A stretch of 64,000 nucleotides of DNA from an uncultured Clostridia bacterium (GTDB lineage Bacteria; Bacillota; Clostridia; Christensenellales; CAMQZB01). The stretch spans positions 109,924 through 173,923 of the forward strand of contig CAYOSU010000001.1 in assembly GCA_964406735.1 (NCBI GenBank), in the 5' to 3' direction. Made by a program: the position numbers and the translations under genes. The notes beneath the pieces were generated by a model. That model saw only the letters and a list, made by a program, of their open reading frames with translations, was not told where the DNA came from and ran no database searches. Positions within the stretch are counted from its first letter, which is position 1. Each line of letters opens with the position of its first letter. This document shows, piece by piece, positions 17,438 through 27,567 of the stretch.

Positions 17438-18457
17438 ATGAAAGAGAGAATCAAACAGCTTATCGACGAATGCGTCGAAAAGGTCAATTCCAGCGACGAC
17501 CTCAGATCAATAGGAGAGATAAGGGTCAAATTCCTTGGAAAGAGCGGATATATATCCGAACTTATGAAGTCCTTGAAGGACTGCTCGCCCGAAGAGCGTC
17601 CTACGATGGGAAAAGTCATCAACGACTGCAGAAACAGCATTACGGAAGCAATATCTTCCCGCGAAGCGGCTATCAAGGCAAAGGTAAAGGAGAAAAAGCT
17701 CCAGTCCGAGCAGATTGATATAACGCTTCCCGCAAAGAGCGAGGAGATAGGTGCTCTTCACCCCTTGACGATAGTCAAGAACGAGATAATAAACGCCTTC
17801 ACAGGGCTTGGATTCTCCGTTACGGAAGGTCCTGAAATAGACACCGACTGGAACACCTTCCAAGCACTCAATATTCCCAAGGACCACCCTGCCCGTGATA
17901 TGCAGGATACGTTCTACATTTCCGACAACGTAGTATTGCGTCCGCATACAAGCCCTGCTCAAATAAGGGCTATGGAAGTAACAAAGCCCCCTATCAAGAT
18001 CCTTTGTCCGGGCAGAGTATATAGAGCGGACGACGATGCGACCCATTCGCCGATGTTCCATCAGATAGAGGGACTCGTCATCGACGAGGGCATCACCCTT
18101 TGCGACTTAAAGGGCATTTTGGACGAGTTCGTGCAGACGGTATTTTCAAAGGACTGCAAGACTCGCTTCCGCCCGTCCTATTTCCCGTTCACAGAACCGA
18201 GCGTAGAGGTCGATATGTCGTGCATGAACTGCGGCGGCAAGGGCTGTAACCTTTGCAAGGGCACGGGCTGGATAGAGATACTCGGCTCGGGCGTAGTCAA
18301 CAGAAACGTTTTGATAAACTGCGGCATCGATCCTGATAAATATACGGGCTTTGCGTTCGGTCTTGGAATCGAACGTATCGCAATGATAAAATACGGCATA
18401 CCCGACATCAGACTCTTCTACGAGAATGACGTCAGATTTTTGAAGCAGTTCAAATAA
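17438..18457 (+). CDS. pheS: Phenylalanine--tRNA ligase alpha subunit
   Basis: 339 aa with class II motifs including FRPSYFPFTEPS and GFAFGLGIERIAM. Confidence 0.97.
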   Translation: MKERIKQLIDECVEKVNSSDDLRSIGEIRVKFLGKSGYISELMKSLKDCSPEERPTMGKVINDCRNSITEAISSREAAIKAKVKEKKLQSEQIDITLPAKSEEIGALHPLTIVKNEIINAFTGLGFSVTEGPEIDTDWNTFQALNIPKDHPARDMQDTFYISDNVVLRPHTSPAQIRAMEVTKPPIKILCPGRVYRADDDATHSPMFHQIEGLVIDEGITLCDLKGILDEFVQTVFSKDCKTRFRPSYFPFTEPSVEVDMSCMNCGGKGCNLCKGTGWIEILGSGVVNRNVLINCGIDPDKYTGFAFGLGIERIAMIKYGIPDIRLFYENDVRFLKQFK

Positions 18458-18472
18458 GAGGAGGTAAAGGAC

Positions 18473-20875
18473 ATGTTATTACCGCTCAGTTGGTTAAAAG
18501 AATACGTAGACGTCAAGGTCTCTCCCGAGGAGCTTGCAACAAAGCTTTTGTCGGTAGGCTTCGAGGTCGAGGGAATAGAATATAAGGGCAAGGATATAAG
18601 TGGCGTAGTCGTCGGCAGAATAGAAAAGGTTGAAAAGCACGAGAACTCCGATCACTTGCAGACCTGTCAGGTAAACGTCGGCGAGGAAAACGGTGGCGTA
18701 GTACAGATAGTAACGGGCGCAAGCAACATCTTCGAGGGTGCGCTTATTCCTGCAGCTCTCGTCGGTGCAAAGCTTCCCGGCGGCATCAAGATAGAAAAAG
18801 CAAAGCTTCGTGGCGTACCGTCGTTCGGAATGATGTGCTCAGGCGGAGAACTCAAGGTCTCCGAGGCAGAGTACGAGGGCGCAGGTGTCAACGGGATACT
18901 CATTTTGAAGGACGATGCGAAAATAGGTCAGGACATCAAGGAATATTTGGGCCTTGACGACGTAATTTTCGACATTTCCGTAACGGCGAACAGACCCGAT
19001 TGCCAGTCAATACTCGGAATGGCAAGAGAGGTTGCTGCTGTATTGGGAGAAAAGGTAAAATATCCCGACTTCACTTATGAAGAGGATAAAAAGTCCTCGA
19101 TAAAGGACTACCTGACGGTCGAAGTGGAAAACTCCGTCGTATGCCCGAAATACGTTTCCAAGGTGGTTGACGATGTCAAGTTCGTTGAAACGCCTAAGTG
19201 GATGAAAAAGAGGCTTGCACTCGTAGGCCACAACTCGATAGACATAATCGTAGACATCACGAATTACGTTCTGGTCGAGATGGGACAGCCCATGCACGCA
19301 TTCGACGTAGCAAACCTTGAGGACAGAAAGATAGTTGTCCGCAACGCAAGGGCGGGCGAAACGCTCAAACTTTTGAACGAACAGGAAGTCGAGCTCAACG
19401 ACAGTGTGCTCGTTATCGCAGACGGCAAAAAGCCCGTTGCGATAGCAGGTATAATGGGCGGCGAGCATAGCGGAATAAACGCCGAGACGAAGACCATTGC
19501 GTTCGAGAGTGCGAAGTTTCTTCGTGACGTAGTAAGAAAAACGTCGAAGAGCCTTGGAGTATTCTCTGATTCGTCGTCGAGATTCCAAAAGGGCGTTGAC
19601 GTATACACCGTAGATTTGGCAATGAAGCGTGCGCTTCATTTGATAACGGAAACGGGCGCAGGAAGAATTATCGGTCTTGACTACGATATCAAGCGTGAAA
19701 ACGCTATGAATAAGACCTTGACGTGCAACGTGACGGATATAAACAAGGTCCTTGGTATAGATATTCCCGAAGAAGAGATAATCAAGATACTCGAAGCGTT
19801 GGAATTCGGTTGCTCGGTAAAAGACGGCGTTTTGACATGCAAAGTGCCCTCGTATAGAGAGGACGTAGACAACTTCACCGACCTTGCTGAGGAAGTAATA
19901 AGGTACTATGGCTATCAGCATATCACGGGCACGATGATGCCGACGGCAAAGATAACGCACGGCGGATATTCGCACAAGCAGGCTCTTCTTAACGAGATAA
20001 AATACGCTCTCGTCAAAAAGGGCTATTACGAGGCTATCACATACTCGTTCACGACGCCGAAGATGCTTGCAAACCTTTCACTTCTCGACAAGCCTAAGCT
20101 CAACGATCCCGTCAAGATACTTAACCCTCTCGGCGAAGATGTCAGCATCATGAGAACGTCGTTAACGCACAGCATGCTCGAAGTGTTAGCAAATAACTAT
20201 AAGAAGAGCAACGACGAGGCAAAGATATTTGAAGTCGCAAATATATACGTCAAGTCCGACGATATAAACGCCGAGCTTCCCGTAGAGATACCTACCCTTT
20301 GCGTAGGCGAATACGGCGAGAAGTCCGATTTCTACACAATTAAAGGTGCGCTCGACGCATTGTTTGGCGCAGTAGGCAAGGAATATGAGCTCGTTCGCTC
20401 TGAAAGAGAGTTCTTGCATCCCGGTCGCAGTGCAGACGTATACGTTGACGGCAAGAATTTGGGATATTTGGGCGAAGTTCACCCTGATATAACGGAAAAG
20501 TACGGCACCCCCGCAAGAGCGCTCGTAATGGAGATATCCCTTCCTTATCTTATTGATAGCAATGCGGAAGAGATCAAGTTCTCCGCATTCAGTAGGTTCC
20601 AGCCTGCCGAGAGAGACCTTGCTGTCATCGTAAACGACGATGTTCCGATGAAAGCGGTCCTCGATATAATAAAAGAGAGTGCAGGCAAGCTTTTGACCGA
20701 TGTCAAGCTGTTCGACGTATATCAGGGCGAGCAGGTAGGCTTCAACAAAAAGAGCCTTGCGTTCAGACTCAGATTTGCGCTCCTTGACAAGACCTTGACT
20801 GATAAAGAGATCGAGGCTGTCATGGACAAGATAATAAATAATATTGAAGACAAGGTCGGAGGAAAACTCAGATAA
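18473..20875 (+). CDS. pheT: Phenylalanine--tRNA ligase beta subunit
   Basis: 800 aa directly after pheS, with the N-terminal tRNA-binding domain LSWLKEYV. Confidence 0.97.
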   Translation: MLLPLSWLKEYVDVKVSPEELATKLLSVGFEVEGIEYKGKDISGVVVGRIEKVEKHENSDHLQTCQVNVGEENGGVVQIVTGASNIFEGALIPAALVGAKLPGGIKIEKAKLRGVPSFGMMCSGGELKVSEAEYEGAGVNGILILKDDAKIGQDIKEYLGLDDVIFDISVTANRPDCQSILGMAREVAAVLGEKVKYPDFTYEEDKKSSIKDYLTVEVENSVVCPKYVSKVVDDVKFVETPKWMKKRLALVGHNSIDIIVDITNYVLVEMGQPMHAFDVANLEDRKIVVRNARAGETLKLLNEQEVELNDSVLVIADGKKPVAIAGIMGGEHSGINAETKTIAFESAKFLRDVVRKTSKSLGVFSDSSSRFQKGVDVYTVDLAMKRALHLITETGAGRIIGLDYDIKRENAMNKTLTCNVTDINKVLGIDIPEEEIIKILEALEFGCSVKDGVLTCKVPSYREDVDNFTDLAEEVIRYYGYQHITGTMMPTAKITHGGYSHKQALLNEIKYALVKKGYYEAITYSFTTPKMLANLSLLDKPKLNDPVKILNPLGEDVSIMRTSLTHSMLEVLANNYKKSNDEAKIFEVANIYVKSDDINAELPVEIPTLCVGEYGEKSDFYTIKGALDALFGAVGKEYELVRSEREFLHPGRSADVYVDGKNLGYLGEVHPDITEKYGTPARALVMEISLPYLIDSNAEEIKFSAFSRFQPAERDLAVIVNDDVPMKAVLDIIKESAGKLLTDVKLFDVYQGEQVGFNKKSLAFRLRFALLDKTLTDKEIEAVMDKIINNIEDKVGGKLR

Positions 20876-23058
20876 AAGTTCCCGAAATATTAGCGCCTGT
20901 TGGCAATTATGCGATGCTAAAAGCAGCCGCAGCCGCAGGTGCCGACGCAGTATATTTAGGCTTAGACCGCTTTAATGCGAGGAGCAAGGCGGAAAATTTC
21001 AACGATGATTTTTTCCGCACTGCTTTGTCGTATTGCCATTTGAGGGATATAAAGGTATACGTTACCTTCAACACCTTGATAAAAGAAAGCGAATTCGACG
21101 AGGCGACACGCTCCGTCGATTTTGTCGTAGAAAGCGGTGCTGACGGGATAATAGTTCAGGATTTTGGAATAATGCGTTACGTCGCAACGACTTACCCTGA
21201 TTTTCCGCTCCACGTTTCGACGCAGGCAGGAGTATGTACGAAAGAGACGGCGGAAATGATGAGAGATTTTGGCGCAAAGCGAGTGGTGCTTTCTCGAGAA
21301 ACATCGCTTGACGAGGTCGAGAGGATAGCCAATGAGTGCGACGTAGAGCTTGAATACTTCGTGCAGGGCGCATTATGTGTATGCTTTTCGGGCAACTGCT
21401 ATATGAGCTCCATAATAGACGGAAACAGCGGCAACAGAGGCCGTTGCGCTCAGGTGTGCCGCAAAAAGGCGACACTGTGTATAGATGGCAGGCGCATAAA
21501 GGGCTATAACCTCTCGACTAAGGACACGATGCTCCTTTGCGAGGTCGAAAGACTTGTTAAGGCAGGCGTCAAAAGCTTCAAGATAGAGGGCAGAATGCGA
21601 AGCCCTGAGTACGTTTACTATGCGGTAAGAGCGTATAAACTTGCGGTTTCGGGAGAATCGGTTCCCGAAGAGATACTTCAAGGACTCAGAACTTCGTTCA
21701 ACCGAGGAGACTACTCTACGGCGTATATAAGCGGTAGACGGTCGAAGGTAATATACAACGAGATAAACTCCAATATAGGCATAAAAATAGGTGAGATCGC
21801 AAAAATTTGCGGCAGAAAGGCGATCGTCAGGAGCGATCACGAGCCGACCGTCGGCGATGGCTTCAAGGTGCTCCGCAATGGCGAAGAGGTGGGCGGCGGA
21901 CGGTACTTAAAGTCCGATGGGAGGACGAAAGAGGGCTTCACTTTATCGATAGACGGCTTGAAGGTCGGCGACGAGGTAAGGCTCAATTACTCCGAAAGCG
22001 CAAGCGAATTCGTCAAGACGCTCGATAAAAAAGTTCCCGTTGCGATGGAATATAAGGTTACCAAGGATATTGTCGAGATAAAGGCTTCGTGCAACGGGAT
22101 CGAGTTTAGCTATCAAAGTGAAATGCTCCCCGAATACGCAAGATCACGCCCGCTTGAAAGGGAGGAACTTGAGAAACAGCTCAAAAAATGCGGTGAGACG
22201 GACTTTATTGTCGAAAATATCGACGGCGCGCTTGACGACGGACTGTTCTTGATAAAGAGCGACTTAAACGAGATAAGGCGCAGATTCTTCGATGAGCTTA
22301 AAGAAAGAGTCTTAAAAAAAGCAACGCCGAAATACGCTAGAATGCCCTTTTCGGGCGTAAAAACGAGAGAATACGCCGTTCATTCCTGCGTTATAGTGAA
22401 CGAAAAAGTAAAGTACGACTTTGACGCTGACGCAATAGTATTCCATCCCGAGGACTATTCCAAGGCGTGTGAAATAAATTGCGAGGGTATGTACCTTTAT
22501 GTTCCCTGCTACCTTGATAAGTCGGACGAGAAAATGCTCGACGAAGTTCTTTCAACGCACCGTTTCAAGGGCTGTTACGCAGACGGAACGGCGGCAGTCG
22601 CATACGCAAGGTCTCGCAAAACACCGTATATTCTGGGCGTTTGCTGTAACCTTACAAATTACGCCGCACTCGAACTTTTCCCCGACGCAGAGGGCTTTGT
22701 AAGCTCAAAAGAGCTTAATAAAAGTGAGCTTTTGCACGGCGGAATGACGCTTTCAAAGGGCGATTTTGTCAATATGACTTTCGTGCATTGCCCAATAATA
22801 AACTCAAACGCCGGGAACTGCTCGAAATGTCCGTTCAAAAACGGAAGAGTCAGCTATGAGGACGAGGCAGGTAGAGTATTTCTGCTGTATAAGAGTAAGT
22901 TAGCAGGATGTCTGTTCTACCTTATGAACAACAAAAAAATAAAGGTAGACGGCGTTTCCGAATATCTTTACGACTACTCCTTCATTTATGGAGACGTAGA
23001 AAAGGAGCTGCGTGATAGCAGCTCCAATAAGGGACATTATAATAAAGGTATCACTTAG
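20872..23058 (+). CDS. Peptidase U32 family protein (long form); proposed AUA start
   Basis: The family-typical N-terminus (I/M)KVPEILAPVGNYAMLKAAAAAGADAVYLG begins 14 codons upstream of the first ATG (20914). There is no ATG, GTG or TTG between the in-frame stop (20845-20847) and 20914. GGAGG at 20858-20862 lies 9 nt before ATA at 20872. Confidence 0.8.
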   Translation: MKVPEILAPVGNYAMLKAAAAAGADAVYLGLDRFNARSKAENFNDDFFRTALSYCHLRDIKVYVTFNTLIKESEFDEATRSVDFVVESGADGIIVQDFGIMRYVATTYPDFPLHVSTQAGVCTKETAEMMRDFGAKRVVLSRETSLDEVERIANECDVELEYFVQGALCVCFSGNCYMSSIIDGNSGNRGRCAQVCRKKATLCIDGRRIKGYNLSTKDTMLLCEVERLVKAGVKSFKIEGRMRSPEYVYYAVRAYKLAVSGESVPEEILQGLRTSFNRGDYSTAYISGRRSKVIYNEINSNIGIKIGEIAKICGRKAIVRSDHEPTVGDGFKVLRNGEEVGGGRYLKSDGRTKEGFTLSIDGLKVGDEVRLNYSESASEFVKTLDKKVPVAMEYKVTKDIVEIKASCNGIEFSYQSEMLPEYARSRPLEREELEKQLKKCGETDFIVENIDGALDDGLFLIKSDLNEIRRRFFDELKERVLKKATPKYARMPFSGVKTREYAVHSCVIVNEKVKYDFDADAIVFHPEDYSKACEINCEGMYLYVPCYLDKSDEKMLDEVLSTHRFKGCYADGTAAVAYARSRKTPYILGVCCNLTNYAALELFPDAEGFVSSKELNKSELLHGGMTLSKGDFVNMTFVHCPIINSNAGNCSKCPFKNGRVSYEDEAGRVFLLYKSKLAGCLFYLMNNKKIKVDGVSEYLYDYSFIYGDVEKELRDSSSNKGHYNKGIT

Positions 23059-23059
23059 C

Positions 23060-23833
23060 TTACGCACCTTCGAGCAAAAGCTTGTCCGCAATAAGTGCGA
23101 TAAACTCACCGTTCGTAGGCCTGTCAAGGCTGGAATAGATGTTTATTCCCAGAAAGTGGTTTAGGTTTTCCAACCTCCCTCTGTTCCAAGCAGACGAAAT
23201 AGCGTGTCGCATAGAACGCTCGACCTTACTTGCGGTGGAATCAAAACGCTCTGCCACTTGCGGATAAATGACTTTTGTGATATGATTTATTGAAAGAGGG
23301 TTTTTGATAGCAATCTTAACACCCTCCCGAAGATAAGCATAGCCGCTTATGTTTGGCGCAATGCCGATCGATATGAATATCGACGAGATCTTTTCGTCAA
23401 GAATAAGCTCGTCCTCCGACAGAGCGGCAAAAGGCGACTTTAGTGAATCTTGATCGGTAAAAGGTCGTTGCTTCCCCGAAAGCGTCAGTGCGGCGTTGCC
23501 GAAGACAACGAAGTAGCGGTCGTAGCTTGTCGGGTATACGATGTGATCGATGACGTTGTTTGCTGACCGCAAATAACTTTCGCAACGCTCCTCGCTTTTG
23601 GAACAGACGATGACGGATTTTTGAGACGGGATCGCCCTTATGAAGTGCAAAACACGCAAAAGGTCTTCTGTAAAGTCTACGTCGATGACGATAAGATCTG
23701 CATCTGCGATAACGGTGTTGGCGACGTCGAGATCGCTTGCGATGCAAAGAGTGTGGGATTGAAAGGCGTTTTCAAAGACAGACTTAACGTCTTCTCTCAA
23801 AAGGCCGTTACTTGTAATTAAACAAGCTCTCAT
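23060..23833 (-). CDS. Spo0A-type transcription factor with a degenerate receiver domain
   Basis: The C-terminal 110 aa align closely with the Spo0A DNA-binding domain (GYAYLREGV..ITKVIYPQVAERFDSTASKVERSMRHAISSAWNRG...PTNGEFIALIADKL). The N-terminal receiver-like fold lacks the DD pair and the conserved Lys. Confidence 0.8.
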   Translation of the reverse strand: MRACLITSNGLLREDVKSVFENAFQSHTLCIASDLDVANTVIADADLIVIDVDFTEDLLRVLHFIRAIPSQKSVIVCSKSEERCESYLRSANNVIDHIVYPTSYDRYFVVFGNAALTLSGKQRPFTDQDSLKSPFAALSEDELILDEKISSIFISIGIAPNISGYAYLREGVKIAIKNPLSINHITKVIYPQVAERFDSTASKVERSMRHAISSAWNRGRLENLNHFLGINIYSSLDRPTNGEFIALIADKLLLEGA

Positions 23834-24025
23834 TTTCTTTTCTCCTTCCTATATATTTTTTTGCCTAATTTGTTTAGGCTTGAATAGAATTATATATTAC
23901 AAATTCTTAAAAATAAACACTAAAACAAAAATTTTTGTACAAATTTTGCTGAATAGTATAAATTTTTTAAAAAATCGGCAAATTTTTACAAATCTGTTGA
24001 CAAAATCAGTCGTTTTTGGTGGGAT

Positions 24026-26431
24026 ATGATCGGACAAAAAATACTAAACAACCTTGAATACGATAAAATAATAGCAAATATCGACAGGAATCTCATTCTT
24101 TCAATGTCGAAAGATAGATTAAAAAATACTTTCCCTGCCGAAGAGCTGGAAGAGGCGTTGAGGCTTCAGGCGTTGACTCGTGAAGCAGAGCGTGTGATGT
24201 ACTACTATCAGCGTGCGCCGCTTGAAAATTTCGACGACTGCGAGGACGTCATTGCGAGAGCGTCAAAACTTTCAACGCTTAGCTTCGGAGATCTCAAACG
24301 AGTAGGTCATCTTCTCAAAAGTGCGAGGATATTTGCCGCAACGCTTGCCGATATTCCCGACGAGGAATTACCACTTATCAAGGGGTATGTGAGACGTCTT
24401 TATGATAACAAGGCGTTCGAGACGTCGATAGACGAAACGTTTATCTCCGACGAGGAGATAGCCGATACTGCGTCTGCAGACCTTTATACGATACGAAAAA
24501 AGATCAGAAAGACCAACACGGAGATAAAGGACCGCTTAAACGGGTTGATACGCAACCGCGAGATGCAAAAGTATTTGCAGGATACCATCGTAACCTCCCG
24601 TGAGGGACGCTTCGTCGTTCCCGTAAAGTCCGACTGCAAGGGAAAGGTAAGCGGACTTATCCACGACTATTCTGCGACTGGCTCTACAATATACGTCGAG
24701 CCTATAGAGATAGTCGAGATAAACAACGAGCTCAGAATGCTGTACCTCGACGAAAAAGCCGAGATAGAGCGGATAATGCAGGAGTTCACGAGAAAGGTCT
24801 CCCTTATGAGCGATGCGCTGTACGTTGATCAGGATACTCTCGTCGATATGGATATACTTTTTGCAAAGGTAAGCTACGGTAAAGCGTGCAAAGGAGTCAT
24901 TCCAAAGCTTTTGACTGACGGTAGCTTCGATATCAGACGAGGAAGACACCCGCTCCTTAACGGTGTAGAGGTCGTTCCGGTAAGCGTTGCGCTTCAAAAG
25001 AAAAAGAATTATATATTGATAAGCGGCCCTAATACGGGCGGAAAGACCGTAACCATGAAGATGGTCGGACTTTTTGCGCTGATGGCGATGAGCGGAATGT
25101 ACATCCCTGCCGACGAAGGCTCTGAGGTGTCGTTTTACGATAACGTCTTCTCGGATATAGGCGACGAGCAAAGCATTGAGCAGAATTTGAGTACTTTCTC
25201 TTCTCATATAGCGACGCTAAAGACAATAATAGACAACGTAACGTCAAACTCTCTTGTTCTTCTGGACGAGATAGGCGGCGGCACAGATCCCGAGGAGGGT
25301 GCGGCGCTTGCTCTTGCGGTTTTAGAGTACCTTATTGAAAAGGACAGCAAGGGTATAATAACCACCCATTACAGCGAGTTGAAGGAGTATTCCTATTCGA
25401 CGGATAAGATATTGAACGCCTCGATGGAGTTCGATATGGCGACGCTTTCTCCAACGTATAAGCTGAACGTCGGCGTTCCGGGGAGCTCCAAAGCGCTTGA
25501 AATAGCGATGCGACTTGGCGTTGACGGCAGAATAATTGCTGCGGCAAGGGATAAGATAAGCCCGCAGAAAAAGGCGTTTGACGAGATAATAGCCTCGTGC
25601 GAAAAGGAAAGGTTAGAAGCCGAGACCTTAAAAAACCGCTACGAGAAGCTGACCAGAGAGGCTGAGGAGCGTATTGCGGTATTAAACAGCGAAAAAGATA
25701 AGCTCTTAAAGGAAAGGGAGAACGCAACGAGACTTGCCAAGATAGAGGCAAAGCGAATAATCTCCGACGCTACCGACGAAGCGGAAGAGCTCGTTTCAAA
25801 GATAAAAGAGATATATAATAAGGAAGACGAGGTAGATGGCAAGGACGTTATAGAGGCAAGCAAGCTCAAAAACAAGCTCGGCAATATCCTCGACGAGGAT
25901 GCCGATACGGATAATAGCGAGGCGTTCAAGCCATTTGACCTGAAAAAAGCAAAGGTCGGCGACAAGGTATTCGTCAAGTCCCTCAATTCCCTTTGCGAGA
26001 TATCGGAGATAAAAAAGGGCGAAATAACGGTTATTTTAGGCTCTATGAAGTTCAAGGCAAAGAGCGGCGATATTCTTACCGTAAGCCCAAAATACGTCGG
26101 CTTATACGCAAAGAGTGAAGAAAAGCCCGACAAGAAAAAGCTTGTCAAAAAAACGGACGGTGCAAAAATGAACCTTCGCTCCGACGTTAAAGCGGAGATA
26201 AATATCTTGGGGCTTAGGGTTCACGAAGCAAAGCAAGAGGTCGAACGCTTTATCGACAAGGCGCGCTTAGGCGGACTTTCCGAGGTAAAAATAATACACG
26301 GAGTGGGAACTCTCGCTCTCAAAAAAGCAGTAGAAGAAACGCTGCGCTCAAACAAAGCTGTTAAGTCCTTCAGAGGCGGACAGTTCGGTGAGGGCGATCT
26401 TGGCGTAACGATAGTGGAGCTGAAAAAATGA
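24026..26431 (+). CDS. mutS2: Endonuclease MutS2
   Basis: 801 aa with Walker A GPNTGGKT, the MutS domain V, and a C-terminal Smr domain (IIHGVGTLALKKAV). Confidence 0.95.
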   Translation: MIGQKILNNLEYDKIIANIDRNLILSMSKDRLKNTFPAEELEEALRLQALTREAERVMYYYQRAPLENFDDCEDVIARASKLSTLSFGDLKRVGHLLKSARIFAATLADIPDEELPLIKGYVRRLYDNKAFETSIDETFISDEEIADTASADLYTIRKKIRKTNTEIKDRLNGLIRNREMQKYLQDTIVTSREGRFVVPVKSDCKGKVSGLIHDYSATGSTIYVEPIEIVEINNELRMLYLDEKAEIERIMQEFTRKVSLMSDALYVDQDTLVDMDILFAKVSYGKACKGVIPKLLTDGSFDIRRGRHPLLNGVEVVPVSVALQKKKNYILISGPNTGGKTVTMKMVGLFALMAMSGMYIPADEGSEVSFYDNVFSDIGDEQSIEQNLSTFSSHIATLKTIIDNVTSNSLVLLDEIGGGTDPEEGAALALAVLEYLIEKDSKGIITTHYSELKEYSYSTDKILNASMEFDMATLSPTYKLNVGVPGSSKALEIAMRLGVDGRIIAAARDKISPQKKAFDEIIASCEKERLEAETLKNRYEKLTREAEERIAVLNSEKDKLLKERENATRLAKIEAKRIISDATDEAEELVSKIKEIYNKEDEVDGKDVIEASKLKNKLGNILDEDADTDNSEAFKPFDLKKAKVGDKVFVKSLNSLCEISEIKKGEITVILGSMKFKAKSGDILTVSPKYVGLYAKSEEKPDKKKLVKKTDGAKMNLRSDVKAEINILGLRVHEAKQEVERFIDKARLGGLSEVKIIHGVGTLALKKAVEETLRSNKAVKSFRGGQFGEGDLGVTIVELKK

Positions 26432-27564
26432 TATATCTTGACAATGCCGCAACGACAAAAATATGCGACGAGGCGCTTTCAGCGTTCGAGAAGTATTACA
26501 AGGAAGAGTATTACAATCCTTCTGCGGTATACGGCGGCGCAATAAAGGTAAAAAGCGAGGTGGAAAGGGCGAGGGAAACGATAGCCTCTGCGCTCAGAGT
26601 TCCTGCCGACAACGTATTTTTCACGGCGAGCGGCTCAGAGGGCGACAATATGGCGATATTCGGCTCGGTCGGCAGTGTAAAGGCTGCCGGAAGAGTTATT
26701 TGCTCGGAGTGCGAGCATCCTGCCGTATATAACGCATTTTTGGCGTTGAAGAGCAAAGGCTACGACGTCGAGACAGTGCCTTGCGAGCATAACGGCACTG
26801 TGAACGTAAAGGCGTTTGAAGAGCTGATCGCAGACGGCAAGACGACGTTTGCCTCGATAATGCACGTCAACAATGAGACGGGCGGTGTGAACGATATAAT
26901 AAAGCTTGCGAAAAAGCTCAAGGAGAAGAACCCCGATGCGGTATTCCACTCCGATGGCGTGCAGGCGTTCATGAAAGTGTTGGTACCGCTGAAAAACAGC
27001 GAGGTAGACCTGTATTCGTTCAGCGCACATAAGATAAACGGCCCTAAGGGTGTAGGCGGAATATATGTCAAAAAGCCCAATAGACTTTCACCGCTTGTTT
27101 ATGGCGGCGGACAAGAAAAGGGGCTGAGGTCGGGAACAGAGAATACGGCAGGAATAATTGCTTTTGCGGCGGCGTGCGAGAAATGGCGCGAGTGCAGAAA
27201 GATGTATCTTGACCGCTTTACGGCGTATAGGGAGATAGTGGTAAATGCGCTTTCAGGGATTTCCGATATAACCTATAATACGGAACTAGAACTGTCCTCT
27301 CCTCATATAATAAGCCTCAACGTAGGCGGAGTAAAGGGCGAGGTGCTCCTTCATATGCTTGAAGAAAAGGGCATATATCTTGGCAGAGGCTCTGCCTGCT
27401 CGACGAAGAACGCATCCCCTCGTGCGCTCAAAGCGCTTGATGTAACGGGTGAGGGAACTGTGAGAATAAGCTTTGGAATATACAACACCGAAGAAGAGAT
27501 AAAATATTTTGCAAACGAGCTTGTCGAAGCTATCAAAAAGCTCAGAAGCATCATGAGAGGATAA
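26428..27564 (+). CDS. Cysteine desulfurase (class V aminotransferase, NifS/NifZ-like, paired with thiI)
   Basis: 378 aa with the PLP lysine motif SFSAHKINGPKG and a GSACS active-site loop. A 4-nt overlap with mutS2 is followed directly by thiI, as in the Bacillus nifZ-thiI pair. Confidence 0.85.
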   Translation: MIYLDNAATTKICDEALSAFEKYYKEEYYNPSAVYGGAIKVKSEVERARETIASALRVPADNVFFTASGSEGDNMAIFGSVGSVKAAGRVICSECEHPAVYNAFLALKSKGYDVETVPCEHNGTVNVKAFEELIADGKTTFASIMHVNNETGGVNDIIKLAKKLKEKNPDAVFHSDGVQAFMKVLVPLKNSEVDLYSFSAHKINGPKGVGGIYVKKPNRLSPLVYGGGQEKGLRSGTENTAGIIAFAAACEKWRECRKMYLDRFTAYREIVVNALSGISDITYNTELELSSPHIISLNVGGVKGEVLLHMLEEKGIYLGRGSACSTKNASPRALKALDVTGEGTVRISFGIYNTEEEIKYFANELVEAIKKLRSIMRG

Positions 27565-27567
27565 AGT

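Noticed and set aside
19007-19975. 322-aa minus-strand ORF
   Set aside because: It lies antisense within pheT. It is a shadow ORF.
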